Below are positions 17,667 to 26,304 of a stretch of DNA of 51,605 nucleotides, one piece after another. The notes beneath the pieces are model-generated. The model ran no database searches. It was not told where the DNA came from and saw only the letters and a program-made list of their open reading frames with translations. Every line of letters starts with the position of its first letter. Position 1 is the stretch's first letter. Made by a program: the position numbers and the translations under genes. The stretch covers positions 1-51,605 of the forward strand of contig DYLV01000003.1 of NCBI GenBank assembly GCA_020721925.1, read 5' to 3'. This stretch comes from Leptospira biflexa. GTDB lineage: Bacteria; Spirochaetota; UBA4802; JAGODF01.

Positions 17667-19369
17667 TGTCGTTCCGATGATTGTACCATTTCTTCAGCAA
17701 GTTTGAGCGTGATGTCGGTGATTTTTTCCCCGGAGAGCATTCGGGCGATTTCCTTTATTTTTTCATTTCTTTCGAGACGCTGGACGGATGTGACGGTTCG
17801 ATTGCTGGCTGTGCTTTTCTGGACGGTAAAATGAATATCAGACATCGCGGCGATCTGGGGCAGATGCGTGATAACAAGAACCTGCCTGTTTTTTGAAAGT
17901 GATTTGAGCTTTCGACCGACCGTTTCAGCCGTTCTACCTCCGATGCCGGCATCAACTTCATCGAATACCAGACTTTCTACAATATCGGAGGAGAGAAGAA
18001 CATTTTTCAGTGCAAGCATGATGCGGGACATTTCACCACCCGAAGCGACTCTTCTAAGTTCTTTTAGCGCCTCGCCCTGGTTGGCGGCAATTAAAAATTC
18101 TACACGGTCTATTCCGTGAGGATAGAGCACATATTTTTTGCTGTCGGCTTCTATGTCTCCGTCAGGGCTTGTTTCGCGTGTGATGGATACCCGAAATGTA
18201 GTTCCGCCCATTCCCAGGTCTTTCAATTCAGACATCACTTTTGACTCGAGAGTAGCCGATGCCTTCTTTCTCGATTCGGATAATTCAAGGGCAACCGTCT
18301 TTGCCTCGCGGACGGCGGTTTGAAATTCTGCTTTTATTGCTTCAATACGTTCCTCGGTGGTCGATATTGCTTCGAGTTCTCTGCGGGATTTTTCTGCATA
18401 ATCGAGTATTTCCTGAATGGTCGCGCCATATTTCTTTTTTAAGGTTGCGATGTGTGCCAGGCGGGATTCAACTTCGTTTACACGTTCGGGCGAAAAGTGA
18501 ATACCCCGTGTGTAATCGCGCAGAAACGTTGCTGCATCTTCAAGTGAATACAGCGATGTACGGATTCCGTCGAGTGTATCCGAAATATTGGTGTCATATT
18601 TTGAAATTGATGAGAGGCACTGTTCCACTTTTTTCAGAGAAGAAAGAATTCCCCCATCACTTCTTAAAAGGTCAAACGAGAGCTTCGCGTCGGTGAAAAT
18701 TTTTTCGGCATTCGCCAGAATTTGCGATTCATTCTTGAGGTCTTCTTCTTCCTGAGGCGAAAGGCGCGCAGAAGAGATTTCTTCAATGGCGAAAGAGAGG
18801 TATTCAATTCTGCGCGCTTTTTCTCTTTCGTCGGTTACCTGGGATTTGAGTGCTTCTTTGAGACCGAAAAGGCGGTGATAGAGTTCGTTGATTTTTTCAA
18901 GGAGTTTCTGATGCCCCGCAAATGAATCTAAAATCTCCCGATGCTTTGCGATTCTCGAGATATTTTGATGCTCATTCTGGCCGTGAATGTCGACCAGGTA
19001 ATCGGAAATTTCTTTGAGGCGGTTTATAGGGATAGGTGTCGCATTTGCAAAACAACGACCTTTTCCGCTCGAGAAAAGCTCCCGCCGAAGAACCAGTATG
19101 TCATCGTCGCAGTCGATGCCGGATTCCTCTAAAAGGAAGCGAACATTTGAAGCGGATGCGATGTTGAATACACCTTCCAGGACGGCTTTGTCGAAACCTG
19201 AACGGATCATGTCGGTGGTCATCTTTTCTCCTAAAACGCCAGATAGCGCGTCGATGAGAATGGATTTTCCTGCACCGGTTTCTCCAGTGAGCACATTAAA
19301 CCCGGGGCCGAATTTCAATGTCAAATCCTCGATCAAAACGAAATTTTTTATGCGAAGTTCCTCAAGCAT
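17663..19369 (-). CDS. recN: DNA repair protein RecN
   Basis: TGETGAGKS, DIHGQ, ASGGEMSR, FDEVDAGIGG, ITHLPQIA motifs. Confidence 0.97.
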   Translation of the reverse strand: MLEELRIKNFVLIEDLTLKFGPGFNVLTGETGAGKSILIDALSGVLGEKMTTDMIRSGFDKAVLEGVFNIASASNVRFLLEESGIDCDDDILVLRRELFSSGKGRCFANATPIPINRLKEISDYLVDIHGQNEHQNISRIAKHREILDSFAGHQKLLEKINELYHRLFGLKEALKSQVTDEREKARRIEYLSFAIEEISSARLSPQEEEDLKNESQILANAEKIFTDAKLSFDLLRSDGGILSSLKKVEQCLSSISKYDTNISDTLDGIRTSLYSLEDAATFLRDYTRGIHFSPERVNEVESRLAHIATLKKKYGATIQEILDYAEKSRRELEAISTTEERIEAIKAEFQTAVREAKTVALELSESRKKASATLESKVMSELKDLGMGGTTFRVSITRETSPDGDIEADSKKYVLYPHGIDRVEFLIAANQGEALKELRRVASGGEMSRIMLALKNVLLSSDIVESLVFDEVDAGIGGRTAETVGRKLKSLSKNRQVLVITHLPQIAAMSDIHFTVQKSTASNRTVTSVQRLERNEKIKEIARMLSGEKITDITLKLAEEMVQSSERQ

Positions 19370-19377
19370 CGATGTAT

Positions 19378-20256
19378 CTATGATCCTTTTTGAATTCCCC
19401 AGCCGAGTTTTTCCCTGAGTATGGAATAATAGGTTTTCTCGGGATGGTCAACGATCTTTAGCGTCTTATCTGATTTCTGGATGACAATTTTGTCTTCGCC
19501 TTCAATCCGTATTGCTTCCTGGCCATCGATGGTTAACAGAAGAAATTCGAATTCTGAAATCACCTGTGCGCTCAACACCGAGCCGAGAGGAACAATCATT
19601 GGGCGTATTCCCAGCATGTGCGGGCAGACCGGGTTGATGATGTACACGTCGGGGATGGTGGGGAAAATGATGGGCCCTCCTGCAGAAAGGGAATACGCAG
19701 TGGAGCCGGTGGCAGTTGCAATGATGATGCCATCGCCCATATACTGATTGAGAAAATTGCCGTCGATTTCAAGGAGAAGCTGAATGGGCCTTGAAAATGC
19801 ACCTTTGGAAATGACCGCATCATTTAAAAAAACATTGCAGCCGATTTCTTCACCAAAACGGATGTGTCGGGCTTCGAGCATGGTTCGCTCGCTGACAGCG
19901 AGATTGCCTTCAAGAAAACGGGTGAGATAGGGTATGGCATCCTCGGGATCAAAATTGGTGAGAAAACCAAGTCTGCCTCTGTTGATGCCGAAAAGCGGTT
20001 TGCCGGTTTCACAGAAATGTCTGCCCGCCATGAGAAATGTTCCATCGCCGCCGATTACGACGATAAGGTCGGGCTGTGTTATGTAATCGTCGGGATGTGC
20101 AATGTATTGAGAAAGGCGTTCGTCTTCAAGCACAATATCATGATCGGGAAGCATTGTTTCAATAGCCCTCGATTCAAAAAAACAGGTGAGCTCTCTAATC
20201 AATGCAAGAGATTTTCGATCATCCGGTCGAATAAAAATAGATACTTTTTTTGCCAT
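19378..20256 (-). CDS. nadK: NAD kinase
   Basis: GGDGT, GRLGFL, LND and TATGSTAYSLSAGGP motifs. Confidence 0.95.
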   Translation of the reverse strand: MAKKVSIFIRPDDRKSLALIRELTCFFESRAIETMLPDHDIVLEDERLSQYIAHPDDYITQPDLIVVIGGDGTFLMAGRHFCETGKPLFGINRGRLGFLTNFDPEDAIPYLTRFLEGNLAVSERTMLEARHIRFGEEIGCNVFLNDAVISKGAFSRPIQLLLEIDGNFLNQYMGDGIIIATATGSTAYSLSAGGPIIFPTIPDVYIINPVCPHMLGIRPMIVPLGSVLSAQVISEFEFLLLTIDGQEAIRIEGEDKIVIQKSDKTLKIVDHPEKTYYSILREKLGWGIQKGS

Positions 20257-20262
20257 ATTAAT

Positions 20263-21513
20263 TTATCTTGCTGGAATTGCCCGATAAGCGATATCAGATC
20301 GAAAAAAAGATCCCTCAAAAAAGATTTTTGTGATTTCCTGATATACTTTTTCCCGGGCTTGTAAAAGCGTATCGGCGCACGCGGTGACGTTGAGCACACG
20401 TCCACCCGAAGTAAGAATTTGACCGTTCTTGCTTTGTGTTCCTGCATGAAACACAATAATATCGGATGAAATTCTGTCAAGGCCTACTATGAGCTTGCCT
20501 TTTTCGTAGGTTCCGGGATATCCACCCGAGGCGATAACCACGGTAATAGCATGGCGTGGTTGAAATTCAAGGATTTTTTTGGATAAATTTCCGGTGATAG
20601 AGGCTTCAATTAAATCGCCGAGTTTGTTTTTCAAAAGAGGAAGAAGTACCTGCGCTTCCGGATCTCCGAAGCGAACATTAAATTCAAGCACCTTAATATC
20701 GCTACCGCGTACGATTATGCCGGCGTAGAGAATTCCCTTAAAAGGATGGCCTTCTTTTTTCATGCCGTTGATGACAGGCACAAGCACTTCATCACGGACC
20801 TGGCGCAGGCGTGTTTCGTTGATTACGGGTGCAGGAGCGTAGGCGCCCATTCCGCCGGTATTCGGGCCTTTATCGCCATCAAACGCTCTTTTATGGTCCT
20901 GTGCGGCAATAAACGGAAAAATGTTTTCCCCATCGGAAATGCCGAGTACCGACGCTTCTTCCCCATCGATAAAATCTTCAATGAAGACAATCGAGTCTGA
21001 AAAGCAGTTTTCAGATACGAATTTATGGGCCTCTTCCTGGCTGGAGGCAACGCAGACGCCTTTCCCCGCCGCGAGGCCGTCAAGTTTGATGACGATTGGA
21101 TAGTCTTTGATGCGGGAGAGGTACGAAAGGATAGATTCCTTTCCTTGAAAATCACGGTGTGCGGAAGTGGGCACTCCATATTTTTCCATGATTCGTTTGG
21201 CGTAGAGCTTGCTTCCTTCCAGCATTGCCGCCTGACGGGAAGGGCCGAATACAGGAATTTTTTCTTTTGAGAGATAATCAACTACACCCGAAACTAAAGG
21301 TGCCTCAGGGCCCACCATCACGACATCGATTTTTTTTTCGAGACAGATTTTTTTTACCGCATCGAAATTGGCAGGATCAATGGGAATGCAGTACTCGGGT
21401 GCAATGCCCCCATTTCCCGGTGCGACATACACTTCTGAAGCGCTTCCATCGTTGAGAAGCCTCCATGCAATGCAGTGTTCTCTGCCACCAGAACCGAGCA
21501 CCAGATATTTCAT
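20263..21513 (-). CDS. purD: Phosphoribosylamine-glycine ligase
   Basis: GSGGREH, GLAAGKGV, QDHKR, GPNTGGMG, EFNVRFGDPE motifs. Confidence 0.97.
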   Translation of the reverse strand: MKYLVLGSGGREHCIAWRLLNDGSASEVYVAPGNGGIAPEYCIPIDPANFDAVKKICLEKKIDVVMVGPEAPLVSGVVDYLSKEKIPVFGPSRQAAMLEGSKLYAKRIMEKYGVPTSAHRDFQGKESILSYLSRIKDYPIVIKLDGLAAGKGVCVASSQEEAHKFVSENCFSDSIVFIEDFIDGEEASVLGISDGENIFPFIAAQDHKRAFDGDKGPNTGGMGAYAPAPVINETRLRQVRDEVLVPVINGMKKEGHPFKGILYAGIIVRGSDIKVLEFNVRFGDPEAQVLLPLLKNKLGDLIEASITGNLSKKILEFQPRHAITVVIASGGYPGTYEKGKLIVGLDRISSDIIVFHAGTQSKNGQILTSGGRVLNVTACADTLLQAREKVYQEITKIFFEGSFFRSDIAYRAIPAR

Positions 21514-21627
21514 TATTCTCTCCCTCAAAAAAGGTAGTTAACTTCAATGGAAATAAAGAGGTATCGATCAATCGCGGTAATAATTAAGATGAGCTTGAAT
21601 CTTTGTCAAAGAAAAAAATTACCTGTG

Positions 21628-23190
21628 CTAAGCCATCATTCGCGTTGTTAGTTCTGATAGTTCGGATGTCAGCGCCGTAATAGTTCGAGTGGAGTGTGAA
21701 ATCTTTTCCGCGATATTCACAATGTCTTGCGCGGTTTTTGCAATGTCGGCAGTTGTTTGACTCGATTCATTCGTTGCGATTTTTTGTTCAGCCGTTGCAT
21801 TTTCAATGGTCTTGCTGGATTCATGTATTTTAATATTCAGATTCTTTATGGTCTTTATTGTAGTATCGATATCTCCTATGAGATTGCCCACGCCGATAAT
21901 CTCGTTTTTAATCCCTTCGATCGCCTGGTTCAGTTTTTCCATCATCTCCGCGGAACGAGTGATCTGGCTGTTGCTTTCATCGATGAGAAATTGGTTTTCC
22001 TTGATGATCTTCTCAATTTCTTTTGAGTTCTGCGATGTTGCGTCTGCCAGCTTTGAAATTTCATCTGCCACAACCGCAAATCCCCTGCCGGATTCACCAG
22101 CACGTGCCGCTTCGATTGCGGCATTGAGTGAGAGGAGATTTACCTGGTCGGCAATGTCGTTGATCACCTGGACAAATGAGGACATTTCAGCGCTTTTATT
22201 TTTTAGCGTCTGGAAGCGCTCGCGCGTAGTCTGGATATGGGTTGATGATTGTCTGGAAAAATCCGTGACATCGTTCAGTGTTTTGTTAATTTCGGTTGAA
22301 CTGTCCTGCACTTTATCATTGACGAGCTTTAGATCGTTAACTGATTCAACGGTAATTTCAAGCTCTTCATACAGAGATCGGGCGATTTTGCTAATGGATT
22401 CCGAATTTGCGGCGAGTTCTTCAAGGGATGCCGATATCTCCTCCATCGCGGATGCCTGATGCTGTGAAATGTCGTTCATTGAATGCGTGATAGTTTCCTG
22501 ATCAGTTGCCTGGGAGGTAAGCACTGAAATTGATTCACGCACCGCATGAGCTATCTCGCGAAGATTTGAAAGGTTTTTCGACGATTCATTTTGCTTGTTA
22601 ATGGCCAGCATCAGTAAAGTCCTTGTTGCACCGGTTCCCGCAGCTGCGCCGATGCCGGCCATAATAAAAACGATGAAGCGCACTAAAAGATTGCTCTTTG
22701 GGCCGGGTGGTATAAGTTCAGGCTTTAATGCCAAAAGCGCGGCTTGAGTAATAAAGATAAAAATGAGGGTGTAGATCGTGATATGGCGATCGAAATAGAA
22801 AACACTCACGGCGAGTGCAATATAAGCGGTGGCGAACAGCTCTGGCGCTCCAAAAAATGAATACTGGAAAAAGAGAAGAGAGGTGAGCGTGCCGGTGATG
22901 GCAATATAGCCCGAAGCAATTTTCCCTTTAAAGCGTTTGGCAAGCAGATATGAGATAATTAAAACAGAGGCCGCGAGAGTAAATTCAACGAGTATGTCGG
23001 TATAGGTGAGATATTGCGATCCAATCCCCCGCCATTTGATGAGCGTCACGGCGATGTTTGCCAGAAGAAAAATGATGATGTATGTGCTAAAAAGTCGTTT
23101 ATTATTTGCGATAATCGTCTGTTCAAAAATTTCTGATCGTTTTAAGGCTTCGAAGCTTTCAATTCCGCCCATATCAACATTTTGTTTCAT
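21628..23190 (-). CDS. Methyl-accepting chemotaxis protein with multi-TM N-terminus
   Basis: [33 protein letters not shown]; about 5-6 N-terminal TM helices and no large periplasmic domain. Confidence 0.92.
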   Translation of the reverse strand: MKQNVDMGGIESFEALKRSEIFEQTIIANNKRLFSTYIIIFLLANIAVTLIKWRGIGSQYLTYTDILVEFTLAASVLIISYLLAKRFKGKIASGYIAITGTLTSLLFFQYSFFGAPELFATAYIALAVSVFYFDRHITIYTLIFIFITQAALLALKPELIPPGPKSNLLVRFIVFIMAGIGAAAGTGATRTLLMLAINKQNESSKNLSNLREIAHAVRESISVLTSQATDQETITHSMNDISQHQASAMEEISASLEELAANSESISKIARSLYEELEITVESVNDLKLVNDKVQDSSTEINKTLNDVTDFSRQSSTHIQTTRERFQTLKNKSAEMSSFVQVINDIADQVNLLSLNAAIEAARAGESGRGFAVVADEISKLADATSQNSKEIEKIIKENQFLIDESNSQITRSAEMMEKLNQAIEGIKNEIIGVGNLIGDIDTTIKTIKNLNIKIHESSKTIENATAEQKIATNESSQTTADIAKTAQDIVNIAEKISHSTRTITALTSELSELTTRMMA

Positions 23191-23806
23191 GGCAGCTCCT
23201 TAGTAGGATATTAATAAAACTTCACTGGGTAGCGATAAATATATCAAGTAAAAAATAATGTACGTGCCGTATTCAAAGTAGCAAAAAAATAATACTGTCA
23301 TAAAATTGTTAATTGATTAGTTTTATGGGCATCTCTTTACGCTGCTTTTATCTGTAATAAATATAGTCAAAATATACATTATTTATATTGTATATTATCT
23401 ACATAAAAAATATAAAATTAAACATTTTTTAAAAATGCTCTTTTCACATAAGTATGATATTTTTTTGATTACGGGTGGCTTCGATTAAAAGAGATTTTAT
23501 CCCAAAAATGAACATCAGCAAAACAAGTTTCTCTATGTATTGTATCCATAATGAAATATCAGTGATATGATTTTTTAAATTGCCAGCTATGTAATATCAG
23601 GCGGGTATTTTGAGTTTCGTGAAAAAAATTGGCCATTTATAGAAGAGGAGTACCGATAATAATATGTAAAGAATTGTTTACGGGATACTTGAAACAGGCC
23701 GCCTTTCGTGGTTTTAAATTTTTGATTGCGGGGGATGTGCGGCCTATATTGCTCGATATCACTTTTGCCTGGGAATGGGCAATTTTTATTACGAAAAGCA
23801 AGGAAC

Positions 23807-24745
23807 ATGGGCAAAGAACCGAATAGACAGCGTTTCCCTTTCGTGATGTTTGTAGTATTATTACTATTTATGCTAATCGTTTCCGCTCTTGTGACAGCAG
23901 GGTATTTTTATTTCTCCGCAAGGGAAAGAATCGCCGGAATCGTCGCATCAACTAAAAGTTATGCGGCACCGCTTGCAGAATCTCTGGCAGGATTGGCAAC
24001 TCTGAGTTATAAACTCAACGACTATACTGCGCTGAAAGCGCTGGTCCACACCAAAATTGAAGAAAACATCATCGATGAGGCGTTTTTTGTTCTTGAAAAT
24101 GGAACGATCGTGGCTCATTCGCGAAAAGAGGTAGAAAAAGAACTTGGAGGTAATATTGCATACGATGAATTTGCGTACAATACTGACCTCATTTTGGGAC
24201 CGCTTCGAAATAAATCGCATGATATAAGAATAATCGACTACAACATCATCGGGGAAAAAATTCCTTTTAAAAAATATGAGCGACTGTTGCTGAAAAAATA
24301 TTTTTACAACGGAATTGATACCACTGGATGGCTCATAACAAAAGCTGTGTACACGATTAAAAAAGGAAAAGAAGTGCCACTTGGCACGGTTAATTTTCTC
24401 ATCAGCAAGGAGAGAATACACAGGGAAATTTATTCTCTTGCCGGATACTCAATACTCCTGATAAAAATATTATGTGCCACGTCCCTTGCGTTGGCGATGA
24501 TTATTTCATTCTTCGTAGTTTTGAGGTACAGAAAAATACAGCAGTATGCCGGCATTGAGAAATGGGAAGTGAAAACAGATGAAGAAAAATCAATCGCGGT
24601 GCAGCTTGATGAATTTGAAATCTCCCGTGAAGAGGGGGAGAATCAAGGGGGGGATAAAATTATCGATGAATATCATATCGATGTGACAAGACCTGTGAGG
24701 GATGCGATACCGGTGCGGAAAAGAATAATACGGAGTGAGCAATGA
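23807..24745 (+). CDS. Two-TM membrane protein with periplasmic Cache-like domain and no cytoplasmic output domain
   Basis: TM - ~200 aa domain (FFVLENGTIVAHS) - TM - short acidic tail. Confidence 0.65.
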   Translation: MGKEPNRQRFPFVMFVVLLLFMLIVSALVTAGYFYFSARERIAGIVASTKSYAAPLAESLAGLATLSYKLNDYTALKALVHTKIEENIIDEAFFVLENGTIVAHSRKEVEKELGGNIAYDEFAYNTDLILGPLRNKSHDIRIIDYNIIGEKIPFKKYERLLLKKYFYNGIDTTGWLITKAVYTIKKGKEVPLGTVNFLISKERIHREIYSLAGYSILLIKILCATSLALAMIISFFVVLRYRKIQQYAGIEKWEVKTDEEKSIAVQLDEFEISREEGENQGGDKIIDEYHIDVTRPVRDAIPVRKRIIRSEQ

Positions 24746-25410
24746 TATTTATTGACCACGAGGAGCTTTCCGATGGAAGGGTTTCGCTTCTGGTGCTGAA
24801 AGGCAAACTCGACAGCGAAACCGCCGGAGATTTTGAATCGTTTGTGACGCAACTTATTGAAAACGGCAAGCGGTTCATTTTAATTGATGTTGAAGAGCTT
24901 GAGTATTGCAGTTCTGCCGGAATCGGGCTTTTGCTGTATTTACAGAAAAAAATTGTGGCGGCTGACGGAATGATGACGCTTGCCGGTGCATCTGAAGAAC
25001 TTTCCACCCTTTTTGCAATTCTTGGCCTTGATCGAATCATTTCGCTTGCAGAGAATAGAAAAGAGGGGCAGATATTACTTGAAAAACACATGCAGTTCAG
25101 GCAGAGTGCAGAACGCCGGAAAGAAGAAAGCGATTCTCGAGCGACACTTCCATCGGTCGGAGTGTTTGAAGTTCTGGAGGAAGAAAAACCGACTGCGGAC
25201 ATTGATGCGGCATCATCGCGTACGGAACAGCTTGTGTCAGAGGAAATCGCTGAGGAAGGCAGAAAACATGGTGAAGAATTTGAAATACCCCTCGTTGTTG
25301 AATGTGCGGAATGTGGCACGTTTACACGAGTGCTGCGAAGCGGCATATATCTCTGCCCTGAATGCCATACCGAATTTACGGTTGAAAAGGATCAGACAAT
25401 AATTTTTTAA
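24742..25410 (+). CDS. STAS (anti-anti-sigma) domain protein with C-terminal Zn ribbon
   Basis: LKGKLDSETA, LEYCSSAGIG (phosphoserine motif), CAEC..CPEC; ATGA overlap with the upstream gene. Confidence 0.85.
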   Translation: MIFIDHEELSDGRVSLLVLKGKLDSETAGDFESFVTQLIENGKRFILIDVEELEYCSSAGIGLLLYLQKKIVAADGMMTLAGASEELSTLFAILGLDRIISLAENRKEGQILLEKHMQFRQSAERRKEESDSRATLPSVGVFEVLEEEKPTADIDAASSRTEQLVSEEIAEEGRKHGEEFEIPLVVECAECGTFTRVLRSGIYLCPECHTEFTVEKDQTIIF

Positions 25411-25547
25411 AAAAGGAAAATTGGTTTGACTTTATCGGCTTTTAATATAAAAATTAGCACAATTTCCGCAAAAGAGCGACTTTTCCCAATTTACAGGAGG
25501 TTTCACGGGGAGGGAATTAGCGCTATCATCCGAAGACGAGGTGCGTC

Positions 25548-26108
25548 ATGAAAGTAGTCCATGTATTGAAAAAGATCGAAAGCATAGATGAAGACATACG
25601 GGAACTGAGAAAGCTTGAAAAATCTCTCGCGAGGAATAAATCTTTTTCTACCCCGATATACATGTCCATTGAAAAACAGATAAACATCCTTCTTGGGGAC
25701 AAGATCAAGTTGATGGAGCTTCGAATAGAAAATCCGCCGAAAGAATTTATTGAAGAGAAGGAATCTGAAGAGCCGACCGAAGCTCTGGCAGAAGCGCAGA
25801 AGAAAGAACCGTTTGATTCTAAACAAAAAGTGGTAAAAAGTAAGGGAAAAAAAGCAAAAAAGAAAGAGAAGGTCGACGAATTTGATGAAGCAGTTCCGCT
25901 TGTTACGCAGGATCTGATCGATCAGAAGATGAAAGCGATTCAGGACACCATGAAACAGGAAAAACCGGAAGAAGCAAAGTCGGGGGATGAGCATATAAAG
26001 CTGCTCGATATTGCCCTTGAGAAGGGAAGTATTAGTAAAAATGATATTGAAAATGAAAAGAAGAAAGTGCGTTTTTTCAAAGATAATTTCCCCGGCGGTG
26101 AATATTAA
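25548..26108 (+). CDS. Hypothetical protein (N-terminal coiled coil, charged low-complexity C-terminus)
   Basis: GAGGTG RBS before ATG; E/K-rich composition. Confidence 0.7.
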   Translation: MKVVHVLKKIESIDEDIRELRKLEKSLARNKSFSTPIYMSIEKQINILLGDKIKLMELRIENPPKEFIEEKESEEPTEALAEAQKKEPFDSKQKVVKSKGKKAKKKEKVDEFDEAVPLVTQDLIDQKMKAIQDTMKQEKPEEAKSGDEHIKLLDIALEKGSISKNDIENEKKKVRFFKDNFPGGEY

Positions 26109-26304
26109 TTTGAGGAAATAATTCAGAAAAATTGTATGGGCAATGGAGCCAAAGAGCAATACAGTGACTGCTGAGAAGAAAAAAGATGAAGTAGTATCCT
26201 GAAATATGAGTATTTTCGTAACGCGCGGAATTCTGTGTACGCGTTTTTCCCCTCTACACGTGCACATAAGGGAACATCCATTTACATAGTTTTAAGAAGT
26301 TCCC

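Noticed and set aside
23191-23806. Possible replication origin (AT-rich, TTATCTACA at 23395)
   Set aside because: Only isolated imperfect DnaA boxes and no dnaA/dnaN/parAB context
25454-25480. TTAGCAC resembling a CIRCE half-site or sigma54 box
   Set aside because: No GAGTGCTAA second arm and no GG at -24
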